Part shown: positions 39,402-51,242 of the stretch, piece by piece
Layout of the letters: each line of letters opens with the position of its first letter
How positions within the stretch are numbered: position 1 is the first letter of the stretch
Translations under genes and position numbers: made by a program
From: Selaginella moellendorffii
Lineage: Eukaryota; Plantae; Lycopodiophyta
Length of the DNA: 64,000 bases
NCBI RefSeq assembly: GCF_000143415.4
Contig: NW_003314303.1
Coordinates: forward strand, 1,518,676-1,582,675
Direction: 5' to 3'
Notes under the pieces: generated by a model
What the model was told of the DNA's origin: nothing
Seen by the model: the letters and a program-made list of their open reading frames with translations, nothing else
Databases searched by the model: none

Positions 39402-40918
39402 GTGCTAATGAGTTTGTTTTTAGTAGCACGGGAGGATACCATCTCAATCGAAGGGAGATATTTGGACATGCATATGGATCCGCCAGTGGACTCTACTTGG
39501 CTGCAAGAGTCATCAGAGCTGGTGGAGGCTACTATCCATATCAACGCCAAGCAAGCTGACCACGCTCCACTTGATGCTGCCCATACCACTGAGTCAATCT
39601 TGTCCACGTATCCAACTGACGGTGACCAGGCGCCATTGGACCCACATGAGGCCGCCCCAGCCGCCGAGCCGGTCGTATCCTCATTTCCAACGGACTCAAC
39701 GTGTGCCCAATCGTCTGACTACGCGCCGTTGGAACCTCCCTACACCGCCCCTGCTGCCTGTTCGGTCATGTCCACTTTGCCAACGGAGGCACCAGCTGAA
39801 ATGGCGTGTGATCACACGCCATCGGAACCACCCCATGCCACTGTTGAGCCAGTTGTACCAGAGTCTACAGCTAAAATGGCATGTGCCCACATGCCATCGG
39901 ATGCGATTGACCCCACATTGCAGAGGAGAGTATTTCCGCCCTTCACATTTCCTCGACCAAAACCCTCTCAACGACCATCGGGAGCAACATTCGCTAATAT
40001 TGTAGATGGTAAAATTGACTTGTACCATTTTTTATGCTGACGCATTTCATTTCAGAGTCACGGCGAAGGTACTGTATCGTTTTTGATCTGAACGGTGTCC
40101 TTTTCTCCCATGAGCGTGGCTCGTCCTCGAATGTCATTGCACCCTCCAAAGCCTGCGGTCGCAAGTTGGTCAAAAGAGACAGATTCACATTAATCACACG
40201 GGAGAAACTGCGGGATCTAATAATGACCATGCGACACTTAAAACAGAGGGTCGGGTTCAATTTGCAATTGGGAGTTTAGACATCCATGATGCGCCACAAT
40301 GCATTAACGTTGCTACAGATGATGCACGATCAGACGCGAGTAATATTACCATTTGACTTTCTCCTAACGCAGGAGGATTGCTTGACTATGGTCCATGTGA
40401 GGGGTAGCAAGCCCATCTTCGTCAAGCCAGAGGCTGTAGTGATGAACCGGACTGCTAGCTCAAGTGAAATCCTCATCATCGATGACTCGCCGATTAAAAC
40501 TGCAGCGAACACGCACACATATGCAGTGCACCCCATCTCTTGCAGTATGGAAACTAGGGAGAAGAAACCGTATGTTCTGGGGGACCTTGCAAAACGGCTT
40601 GGAGCGATGGTGATAGAGAACCGGCCAGTCCAGGAGGTGGCTGCAGAAATCAACCAAATGGCAGATGGAACGGTATATCAGAAGCCATTTGATCGGACAG
40701 ACACCAGTCATCATTTATGGCATGTATATTGTCTAGCCAAGCACTATCCGCATCTCCATAATCTGCTCAACCGGATGGGTTCTTCGACCACTGAACATGA
40801 GCGTGGACGTATTAGAGAAGAGATGGCATTACTATTGGGTTTAAATCCTGATAGTGTGGAGAGTGATGAAATTCCAAGATTATTGTATAGGCGTTGGAGG
40901 CAAAAAATAACAGTCTGA
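39402..40918 (+). pseudogene. Transposon cargo, 3' part: Pro-rich linker spliced to an FCP1/NIF-type HAD phosphatase domain
   Basis: CIVFDLNGVL, LGV*TSMMRHN (one premature stop at a usual Trp), TQEDC, KPIFVK, ILIIDDSPIK. The predicted intron ~40009-40053 joins it in frame to the upstream exon; it is probably the same gene as 35296-39159. Confidence 0.7.
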
Positions 40919-43219
40919 GATGGCATGTATTTATTTAAAAATGTAACTTATTATGGCATGGGGTTCCATGCCATTGTATTAATATTAAAAGACAATTCTT
41001 TGAGAGGATTTGCATTATACTAGAAGTGTTACAGCATGTTATTGGAAGTCTACGAAGTTGTTTTATTAATAATGGGAAAGTAAAGATTGAATGGGGACTT
41101 GGGCTCCACCTAGACTCGGAGCAACTGAGCCAATATTAAAAGGATGGAAAGAAATTGGATGACGATGACAAGGAGAAGAGAGAGGTGAAGCAGTGGCAGG
41201 GGGAGGAGAAGTGATTGAGTAGACATTTCCTTGTTTAAAATAAAATGGCATGTGCCTCAATGCAATTGAATTTTGTTATATTTATATACTATATAAAGGT
41301 TTGGAAACCTTATTTTACAAGTGGGATAATGACAATTCCCACTTTAACGAAATAGAGCTTATTGCCAACTATTGCAAAAAAAAAATTCCTTAATTTGTTT
41401 CATTTTTTCCTTTCTGCCCCAACACTTCAAACTTTTTCTTCTTCGGAGGAGGGGGTAGAGGGGATGGATGGGAGTTCAGCCCCGACGATAAATTGAGGAT
41501 GAGTGAATATGGTAGTGAAGTGAGGACAAACGACATGGATTATAAAGTGAAGATGAGCATAATGAATCCAAATGGAACATCTAACCTTGATGTAGTGAGG
41601 CTGAATGAATGTAATAGTGGAGTAAGGTCAAACATAAATAGCAAAGTGAAGAGAAACATAACAAGTCCAAATGGAGTTAATGCTTTAAAACTTTTTTTCC
41701 TTTAAAGAGGGGATAAAGAGGATGTGAAGGATGAACGGAGTGGGTCTGACTTCCCATATGCAGTGCTAAACAAGGACAATGGTTTTGCTTATAATTCTAT
41801 ATTTGAGTTAATAATGGTCTTGGAGGATCGTCGACATATGATGATAAGGAGGTCGTTATTTTCAATTGCAAGATCAAAGTCTTGTAGCGCTTCCAGCAAG
41901 CTCGAGAGCCACAGAGGCTGTAGAGAATTAAGCAAAACTATTATATTTAGAACACACTATAACAGCTTTATGCACTCATCTATGCTTCTCCAGTATTTCT
42001 ATGCCATTGTGTCAAGCTTGGTTTGCATCGAGGGTTCGTAAGTCTCGGATACAGGAATGCCCGTGAATCTCTTCTCATTGTTTTCCTGATCAGAAATTTA
42101 ATTAATATCAAGATTTACACTAGGATTGGAACATTATCCGGCATATCACTTTAGAGGTGAGGACATATTGAAGCCGATGAAGAAGATGGCTCAGAGAAAC
42201 AAGATATATCTCTCTAGAAAAATGTCATTGTTAACAAAAGGGTTCGTGACAATGTCTTTTCATTCTCTAGTAAACTTAGTGACATGATGTATTGTTTGTT
42301 ACAATAGTACTTTATGGATTGTAGTGGCTCTCAAAATCCTTTACTTAGGTTCAAAGTTATAATTGTGTGGTTGATTTGAGCATTTAGGAGTTGCATATAG
42401 AGGTGTAACTGATTCACTAGAATTCTGTAATCGGCTGATGTTTATGCCATAGCTTTGGGTTTTATTTAAGTCATGGTTATCAACAACTTTGTTGATGGTT
42501 TTGTAGAAATTTCAAATTTTTGTGGTGATTTATAATTGCCTAGCACACTAGCTCTAGATATTCCACTTACCTTATTATTATCACTTTTTCATCTTCTGGA
42601 GGGAAGGCTAATGTAAGGTTTGTAAATACATATATGTATATATATGTATTACTCTGGCCAAGTAATACACTAATTATAGTATTATAACATATTGAAAATT
42701 TTAATTTATTTAAATATTATTAATATATATTTGTGAGGTTTAAACCCCTACTTATATACAAGAATGGATGGACTAGATTCAATCCTAAATGGACGAACAT
42801 AGAAGTGTCAAGAATGAGTCTGAAAAGGAGTTAAAGAAAGAGTCTAAGATGGACTTGAGATAATAAAATATTTTTTATTCTGTTAAATTAATAAACATGG
42901 TGGGAAATGTTTGTCCTAAAATATTTATTATGAATTTGGTAAATTTGATGTTATAATTTCAAGTTTAACAATGATTATCAAATATAAAAAATACAATTCT
43001 AAATAGATAGTTTATATGCTATACTACTATAATTACGATAATTATTCAAACATGTTTGGATATTTGTAGCAGATTTTAAAAAATGCCAAAATAATATAAA
43101 ACTGGTTTTGTTTCATAACCTTGATTATTTAAATAACAAATTTGATCAATTGCATTTAAATCCAACATAATTATTTGGAATAATCAACAATTCAAAAGTG
43201 TTTGTATGATCTTTTATAA

Positions 43220-45098
43220 TTACAGGAGTTTTGAAACTCTTACCGAATAGAAGTCTCGTGGCCTTGGATGTGGCAAGTAAGAAACTTTGCTGTTGGGATT
43301 CAAGGCAGTCCACCTACAAAGCCCATGTAAAGTAAGACGCACAAATAATACATCTTCACCTGTAGCCAGTAACGAAGTAATGGACGACAATGAAGATTTG
43401 AAGCTTGGCAAGCTCGTTACCAGGACAAGTTCGATTTCCCATCCCAAAGGGTATGAACGTGAATGGAGATGCTCCATATTTCTAGTGGAAAACCCCAGCC
43501 AGAGTTACAGAGGAAGGCTTTGAGAATTTAGTACCTCCCAGCGCTCTGGATCGAATTTTTCCGGGTCGGGGTGGACGTGTGGATCCATGTGTACTTGTCT
43601 TAGCCACGCTTCCGCATGCCACCCTTTGGGAATGGTAAAGCCTATGCATGGAATGCAATGTGAGAAAATCACTTGAAAGATGAAAAGCACACTCACCATT
43701 AAACTCGACATCTACCAAGGCTCTTCTGAAGACCATTGGCGAGATATTTGCAAGTCGCAGTGTTTCGTCGACAACCTGGGAAAAGAAGAGACAAAATCAG
43801 GAATGAAAACAAGGAAAAATGGCCAGCACTGACACTAGAAAGGTAGCGCATTCTTTTGATGTCTGAAAGGTTGAGCATTTCCCCTTCTGAAATGCATTTA
43901 GCAATGCCATCTTGCTCGGTCTGAATAAGAAAGATTGTATGTTTGTATGAAACTGCCAAGGTTTACCTTCACTTTCTCGAGCACATCAGGATTTTGCTTC
44001 AGGAAAATCATCAGCCACATGATGACATGAGCCGTCGAGTCGTGACCAGCGTTCATGTACATGTTGAGCACGTCTATGATTTGAGCGTCTTCCAGAGCCT
44101 CTCCTTTGTCATCTAGCTGATCCATGAGCAACGAAAGAATGTTTGTTTCCTGTGGCTTTCCAGAAGCTCTTCGCTGGTTGATCACGTCCTGGATAAGCTT
44201 GATGAGCTTTCGCCTCGCCTGAGAATGGGAAAACGTCACAAAGCTGTGTAGGACAACGCATGTGGCTTTTACCTTCAAGGCTTTGTTGTAGGCAGTCCCA
44301 GGGAAGTTGATGGGAAGAGCACGAATGCCTTGGTTGACAATGTAGTACAAGGAGAAAGTCTCATCCACGTCGAGACTGGAGTCTTTCCCATATAAAATGT
44401 GGAGGACAGTTAGAAACGTGAACTGTCATATCAGAAAAACCCAGTGTCAACAAGAAAACTACGACAAAGAGGAAGTAAACATCGCTTACCCTTCTCATCT
44501 CGGTAAGAAGAACGATCTTATCCTGCGCAGACCACCTCGCAAGGCACGCTTTTATGTTGTTGACGATGAGAGGCACATACTGCTCTAGAGCTTTGGGACT
44601 GTTCACAGCGGGCTCGGTAAGCTTCCGGAGCTTGAAGTGGCTCTCTCCAGTTAATCCCGCAAACGAATTTCGTCCCATGAGCTCAACAGCGCTCTCCGGC
44701 CATCCTGTCTCAAAGCTGTCTTTGGAGAGCACGAATTTGCATGCCTCTGGTGTGGCAGCCAGGACGGTGGGCTGCCAGAACAGAAACGCCTTGTAAAAAC
44801 CCACTCGATTGTACCTGGAAACCAAGAAGAAGCGACGGTTAGACAAGCGAGAGAAAACTACGACAGTACCCAACTTTGCAACGTAGTGAGCCATGAAAGT
44901 GTCCGGTCTTCCAGACTTGAAGGCTCTGAGAAAAGCAGCCATGTTGCCAAAGACGGGCCATCCAAGCGAACCTGGTGGAAGTGGAGGCTGCCCCGGCTTG
45001 AGCACCGGCTCATAGTACCATTTGTTGAAAAAACTCGAGAATGTCAACAAGGCAGTGACTGCCACCACCGCAACGCCAAGAATCATGGCAACCTCCAT
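43220..45098 (-). CDS. KAO: Cytochrome P450 CYP88 family, ent-kaurenoic acid oxidase-like (multi-exon)
   Basis: [35 protein letters not shown]-helix [10 protein letters not shown], heme motif [11 protein letters not shown]; short GT-AG introns. Confidence 0.9.
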
Positions 45099-45823
45099 CG
45101 TTTTTTTGCTTGACGGGCACCGCAAAAACCTCTGATCTCCCTTCCTGCATAACATTTTGCTTGCAAGCCATTAGCGCCCATAAGACAAAAGGAATCAGAC
45201 TTACCTTCAAAGCTTCCATTAGCTCCAAATAAAAACGCTTGTCTTTTCTTAACAGGATGCCTTCACCATTTAAAAGAGCCGCGGAAAACTGTAGTCTGTG
45301 TCCATTATCTCAACAGTAACGATTCCAGCTGCAGAGATTCCAAGAGCGCTGCTTTTTCCGTAGAGGTTGGCAGATAGATATCAAAAAAGAATTGAAAGGA
45401 CAGAGATTACCTGGTCGGAGTTTCATCTTCGTAAAGCAAGACCATACCCATTGCATAGCCTGTTAACAATCACCAAAAGCTGCACAGGGACAATTCGGAT
45501 CCGCCAAATAACAAATCTTTAGCATTGCATTCCTGTAATACCATCACCTGAGAAAGTGACTTTTAATTCTACCTTCTCACTGCAAAACTACAAGCGTGAG
45601 TGATTCAATAAAAGAAACAGAAATCCACAGTAGCTGAGTTCCTGTAAAGAATAACAGGCTTAGCTTTTTAAGAACAGAGTAAGAAAACTTCGAAAGAAGC
45701 ACACCTGAGTTTGGCTGAAGAAGAACGAGGCTAGATACAAAAAAATGGACAAAAAAGCACAAAGGTAATAGTACAATCGCGAGCTGATGTTTTGCTCAGC
45801 TTCAACCCACCAAAGTGAACTAC

Positions 45824-47763
45824 CTATGAGGACAGGCTCGCCGTCAACTCAATCTCCTCTTCCGGCCTTTCTTCACGCGCGTCGTGTGGCAGCACGGCAA
45901 TTCTGTCGGTGTTTTCAATGGCCCACTCGGCGAACTTTGGCGAAGAAAGTAGTTCTTTCATGGAGTTGTGCGTGTATTCCCTCGCCAGGGCCTCTCTCTC
46001 TGCCCGGGACATCTTGTTGCGCTCAGGTGTGTGGTGGAAAGTTGAGTAGAAGGTTCGCTCGGGTGTCACCTTGAAAGTTGCTGGAGGCGACACGAAGACG
46101 CGCTTTCCTGCATAAACACGCAGTTTAGAGCTAAACAAGACGATATAATTTACCTGAAATGGTGACTGGAGTGTGATAGGAGCTTGACGGAACTCCAAAG
46201 GGGGATGTGGCGACTTGCTTCTTCTTCCACATCTTCACATACTTTTTGCGATACCTCCACGCGCCGAAGGCAGAAGAAGAGGAATCTCCCCTGGAGAATG
46301 GCCACGAGAAATCGACCAGACTTCCCAGGCCTTTAAAATGCTTGGGTACCAGAGAAATCAATATCCCGACGATCAATGACAGAACGCTGAACACCGGATC
46401 AGTCGAAGTCTGAAAAACGGGGTGTAAGCTCCGCAGGAAGAATAAAGCTTGTTTACTCACTTGTAAGAGCATTGTAGCGCCAAAAAGCCGGATAGCCCAC
46501 TTGACGAACGTTGCTGTCCCAGAGTCCACATCTCCCTCATTCGTGAGAATAAACTTACGAACTCCCCAATATCCCATGTATGCACCGACTGTGAGAACTC
46601 CCATCAAACAAAAGATGGCGATCTGCAAGGGAACGGTTAAAGAAGGCATTGGAAAAAAAAGTACTATATATATCTTACCGGCTTAACCATGTCTTCCCCC
46701 ACTCCCATATCCATCAACATTGGGGTCAAAAGAATCGAGATCTGTCGGAGTAAAAGAGCTCCAAAACCCACCTGAAAATCGTGCTACATGTCAGAACGAA
46801 AAGCTGGCCGAGAAGGAAAAAAAGAAACAAAAAAAAAAATGCTTACAAGAGAGCCATATAGAAGTATGTAGATACTGCTTTTCCTGCCAAATGGCAGAAG
46901 TTTCATCGCCTGCAGTTAGCTGTTAACGAAGGACAGTCAGCTCTACAATTTGTACCTGAAACAAAATGATGAGCACCACTAAAACGATGCCCAGAGTCAT
47001 GCCACTGCTGTAGTAAAAGGGAACCCATTCGCTCACGATGGGCGCCGAAATGAGTAAAGCGATGCCTAGTACGAAGAGAAACACTCGGTAGGAGCAAAAC
47101 TCTGTAACACGCAATGATCAGCAACTTGTCCAAGAAGAAAAGAAAAAAAACTCGTACCTTCTTTGACGAGCACAGTGACAGGAGTGTCTTTAATCGAGGC
47201 TTTCCGATCTGACCGGATATCAACGTACATGGTTTCGAACGGTGACATGCTCGCAAACCACTTATTCTTTTCCAGAGCCTTCCACTTTTCTTTCGAGCAC
47301 TGGCACAAGTCCAGGGTCGCGTTGCTGCGAAGAAACGCAAACCAAACCAACCAAACCAACAAAAACAAGAGTGTTAGAACCGCCACAGAGTTCTTCCCCA
47401 AAGAGCTTCATGCATACCCATGAAGGCAAGCCTCGATCTTCGATAGAGTGAAAGGAGCCGAAACATTCACGCGCCGGACGTGAGCGAGCTTGAGGAAGCT
47501 CTCCAATCGCGACAACGCCGGGACGACGTAGCGCTTGCAGCTAAGGACGCTGCCAGTGCTCATCCCCGGCGAAGAGCTCATGAAAGAATCGTCCAAAAGC
47601 GGCGCCTGGAGAGCGTCCGGGTCGCCGCCATCGCCTGTCAATAAAGACAACCTCTAAGCTACCGCCATAGCTGCGCAGCCACAGTACCTTCGATCGCGCC
47701 TCCAAAAGCCGCGCAACAAGCGACGAGGACGAGAATCCCAATCACGCGCCATCGCCAAGCCAT
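45824..47763 (-). CDS. NEMP/TMEM194-family nuclear envelope membrane protein (multi-exon)
   Basis: Signal peptide, TM segments (APIVSEWVPFYYSSGM; GYWGVRKFIL..GDVDSG..FVKWAIR) and C-terminal FYSTFHHTPER..ELLSSPKFAEWA. Confidence 0.85.
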
Positions 47764-48113
47764 TAGAAAAAACCCTAGTGTATCGTCTGCCCTAAAGCTT
47801 TCCACTCTTATTTCTAGGTTTTTGCGCCCACATCCTCCAGCGAGAGAAAAAATCATGGCCTCTATCTCCTCCTACTAGATGGATCTCCAGCTCCCGGATG
47901 GAATTCCTCACAGGTAAAGCTCCTCTCAGCTGGATTCTCAGTGCCAAATCCAAGATGTAGGCCCAAAGAGGAATCGGATGAAACCCCAAATGATGTCTCA
48001 TCCTCTTGCATTTCCAGTGGCAACGGAAGCGTTTGCCACTCTTTCCAGGTCTGGGATTCCTCTCTCTCGCGATCTCTCTTGACACATTTTTATTTCTCTT
48101 TCGCCCTTAGCGA

Positions 48114-49133
48114 ATGAGTGTGCCCAAAACACCATGGGTTTCGTTTGTAAGAGTTCTTAAAGTGCTTAAGGAGAAGCTATCGTTCCAGGATTTTATTTAT
48201 CTGGTGGAGCAGTACACAGTCTTTAAGGCAAGCCTTTTTTATTTCTAGTTTTACTTTCGATTTTTCATTTTTTCTTTTTTGGTTCTTGATCTAACACGAA
48301 GCAATCTTTTTTTGCAGCAAGGGAAGATTTCTCGTGACACACTCGTGCGTGTTTTCAAAGACATTGTAGGCGAGCAAACGCTGAAAGAGATGGTCATTAG
48401 CATGCAACCGGAGGTAATTTTCATCGATCTCTACAAGAACAACGCAAAAAAAATTCACATTTTTTGGTTATAGGTGTTGCAGGCTCAAAAGAGCCTCTTA
48501 CGATCCGTCAAGTCTTTTGCAAAGCACACCCGCGGTATGTGTAAGCCTTTCTCTCGATCCAGCTTACTTGACTGCTTGATGCAAGTATCGACAGTAAGTT
48601 CTTGTGTCTCAATATGGTTCTTGAGACTGACTAACATCCAGATATGGCGTTGAATCCAAAAGGACTTGATCCAAAAGCCACTCTCGACACCATTGAACTG
48701 GATGTCGAGGTGGAGAGGGATTCTCATCCGAGGCTTTTGCTTACATTACCAAGTTTCTTTTGGCGATGAAGGCAAGCTCGCATTGTCTAGCCATTTGAAG
48801 GAGGTGTGAAGTCAAAAGGTTTTGTGAAAGAGGAGGGGTTTCCAGTTTCCTGTGGAGTGATGATGAGACAGCCTTTCTCGTGATGGAGGTTGGTATTTAT
48901 ATGCAAGAAATGGCCTCCGTGAGTGAGATCATGGACCAAAAAGAAGTTTTCTCTTCTTTTTTTTTTCGTTTCACTTTGCTGCCTGCGAAGCAATCTTCAC
49001 TGATGGTTTGATTTTGTTTCTTTGTTTCCTATTTTCAGGTGACAAATGCAGTCTGGAACCTGAACTTGAGACAAGCAGTGACACCACAAAGCAGAGCAAT
49101 TTGTCGATAATGCTGAAAACCAAGAAGGCCTGA
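48114..49133 (+). CDS. Small protein with an N-terminal RST (RCD1-SRO-TAF4) domain; 3' exon structure uncertain
   Basis: PKTPWVSFVRVLKVL..YTVFK joined across a GC-AG intron (48228-48317) to QGKISRDTLVRVFKDIVGEQTL. Confidence 0.65.
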
Positions 49134-49884
49134 GTTCCTAAGTGTGTTATTCTGTACACAAAGTAGAGTTACGACAGGAGCTGGAAATGAAGCTCAATAT
49201 GTTGTTAAGCTTTCCTTCAAACTTGGAATGCATTTTAGTTTCTTCCATGATCAAAGTTCATGATCCGGAGTTTTCAGATGTGCTGATCAGGTGGAAACAT
49301 CATCAAGAAAATTCCACTTTAGAGATCGTTTCAGTCCGGAGTCCCATCAACCTGGCATATTTCTGGATCTGGTGACAGAGACAAGAGACCTGTCCTTGCC
49401 TCCTCATTCTCCTGCTCGGATTCTCCAAGTTCATCTTTGATGATGCGGTTCTCGGACTAAGTTTCATGCTAGCTTTGATCCTCGACTGGACAAGAAGAAA
49501 AATCAAGTTGCTTTGTAAAAGTTCCTCTTTGCTACCTTGTGACACCGAGTCCTCTCTCCTAAACCAACAAGAACAGGGAAGCAAGGGAATTTCACGAAGA
49601 AATGCCTCTCATCTCTGTTGGATGGACAAACACGTAATGGCCGGCTCTTCTCCAGTGCTTTGCTTGCATTACTGCAAAAAGATCCACAACGCGCTTCATC
49701 TATCCAAGAGTGAACATCTCATATGCTCCAGCACTTGGCATGCATTCCACTGTCGCATTACACCGTTGAATTCCTGCCTCATCGAGAGCAATTGTCTTTT
49801 ATTGAAAATTGAGAATTCGCATCAATCAATTCTGAGAGGGTGGCATTGCCATTCAACCAGACAAAAGGTCACAGTCGGAGTAAG

Positions 49885-50880
49885 ATAATTAGGAATAAGT
49901 TTAGCTGAAGCCTCATAAAAATGTTGAGTGAAATGAGTACCATCAGACCATAATTCACTTGGATTCTCACATACAGTACCACTAGTTTCCGCAACCACAT
50001 AATATAGAATTATTACAACGAAAATCACCATCAGGAACACCACAACAAGATTCTTTATAAGTTTTGAATCCATAGCTATCCATATTTTGAATTATTTTCA
50101 TTGCTTGCAGAAAACCTCATTTTTTATTATTAATATAATTTATCATACTTAATAGTTTATTATTTAAATAAATTAATAACATTAGTAGTTTCAATAACAC
50201 ATCCAAACTTGTCATAATGCATATCAGTAGCATTTGAAAATAGTTGTAAATAACTTAAAGCACAATCAAAACGAGGAAGATTCATTATTAAAAAATATTT
50301 TGCATCAGAATTATATAAATCCAAAATATTAGATATACCCTTAATCGGAATTGTAATATTTAATACATATGCAAAATCTGGCATACCATAACCAAGATCA
50401 TTGCCACCAATCTCAATATAATAAAGTGCTTTTTCATATAATATTTTCTTATCATCTTGATGATCTTTAACTTGTTATTTATGCCATATAAATTCTAAAA
50501 TTTAAACAGATAATATATGAGGAGTAGCAAAAGTATTATCATAAACATTAGCTAGATGACCAGTTGCTCCAGCATAACCAAAATTCAAACTTGTAAAATA
50601 AGTACCATTATAAGAGACTTGGAAGCTCAATATCACCAAGTTTAAAATTGTGAGCTAAAATATATATCCATCACTTTATCTTCCAGTGGGATTTCCAAGT
50701 GTTACTCCATACAGTAAATTTCCAGGACTATATTGATGTGCTGCTAATGTTTCAAGATTACAATTACCAGTATCAGAAAGTGAATCAGAAAGATTGCACT
50801 TGGATATATTTGCTTTTCAAAATTACGAGCATCACCATAGATCACTAGCAAACCAAAAAGAATTAAAAAGAGAAGACTAA
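49885..50880 (-). pseudogene. GDSL esterase/lipase pseudogene
   Basis: Block remnants SDSLSDTGN, PTGR*SDG, LNFGYAGA, YIEIGGND and CENPS..DGTHFT, with stops and frameshifts; very AT-rich. Confidence 0.8.
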
Positions 50881-51242
50881 AAGATATAGACACAAACCAA
50901 AGATTACAAAATGATGTGATAATAAAATTGAATTCAATAATATTAAGTGTGGTGTTCCTTTTATATTTCAGTTTATTTCTAGTAAAATTTAATTAGAAAA
51001 GCCTTAAAGCTATTCTTTGTTCGTCCAAAAAACTAATCCTGATTATTAAAGGTATGAATTCTGGAGCAGCAGAGACAAGCATATCGAGAGAGCTGCTGCA
51101 AGTGAAAATGCATCATGTCTGAAGGACTAGTCAAACAATGTTACATTAAGTCGCTGGAAACATCAAGAACAGAGACCAAGCTAAAATTTCTACATTTTTC
51201 TCATATTTGTAGAAAAACTTTATTTCCAAGGGAAGAACACAA

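Larger units (their letters stand above)
29198..41266. repeat. Dispersed 22-bp palindrome ATGGCRTG-N6-CAYGCCAT, about 20 copies
   Basis: Copies start at 29514, 30909, 30966, 32812, 32882, 32980, 34530, 35324, 35401, 35461, 36738, 38237, 38378, 38569, 39801, 39876, 40953 and 41245. Weaker copies lie near 29198, 29567, 33592, 33667 and 34609. Confidence 0.92.
28972..41360. mobile_element. 12.4-kb TIR DNA transposon, probably Sola superfamily, with cargo gene
   Basis: Perfect 24-bp TIR AAGCTCTATTTCGTTAAAGTGGGA (28972-28995 / 41337-41360); 4-bp TSD ATTG on both sides; internal DDD-type transposase. Confidence 0.88.

Noticed and set aside
29514-41266. CRISPR-like reading of the palindromic repeats
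   Set aside because: Spacing is irregular (tens to thousands of bp), copies lie within genes and introns, there are no cas genes, and the context is eukaryotic.
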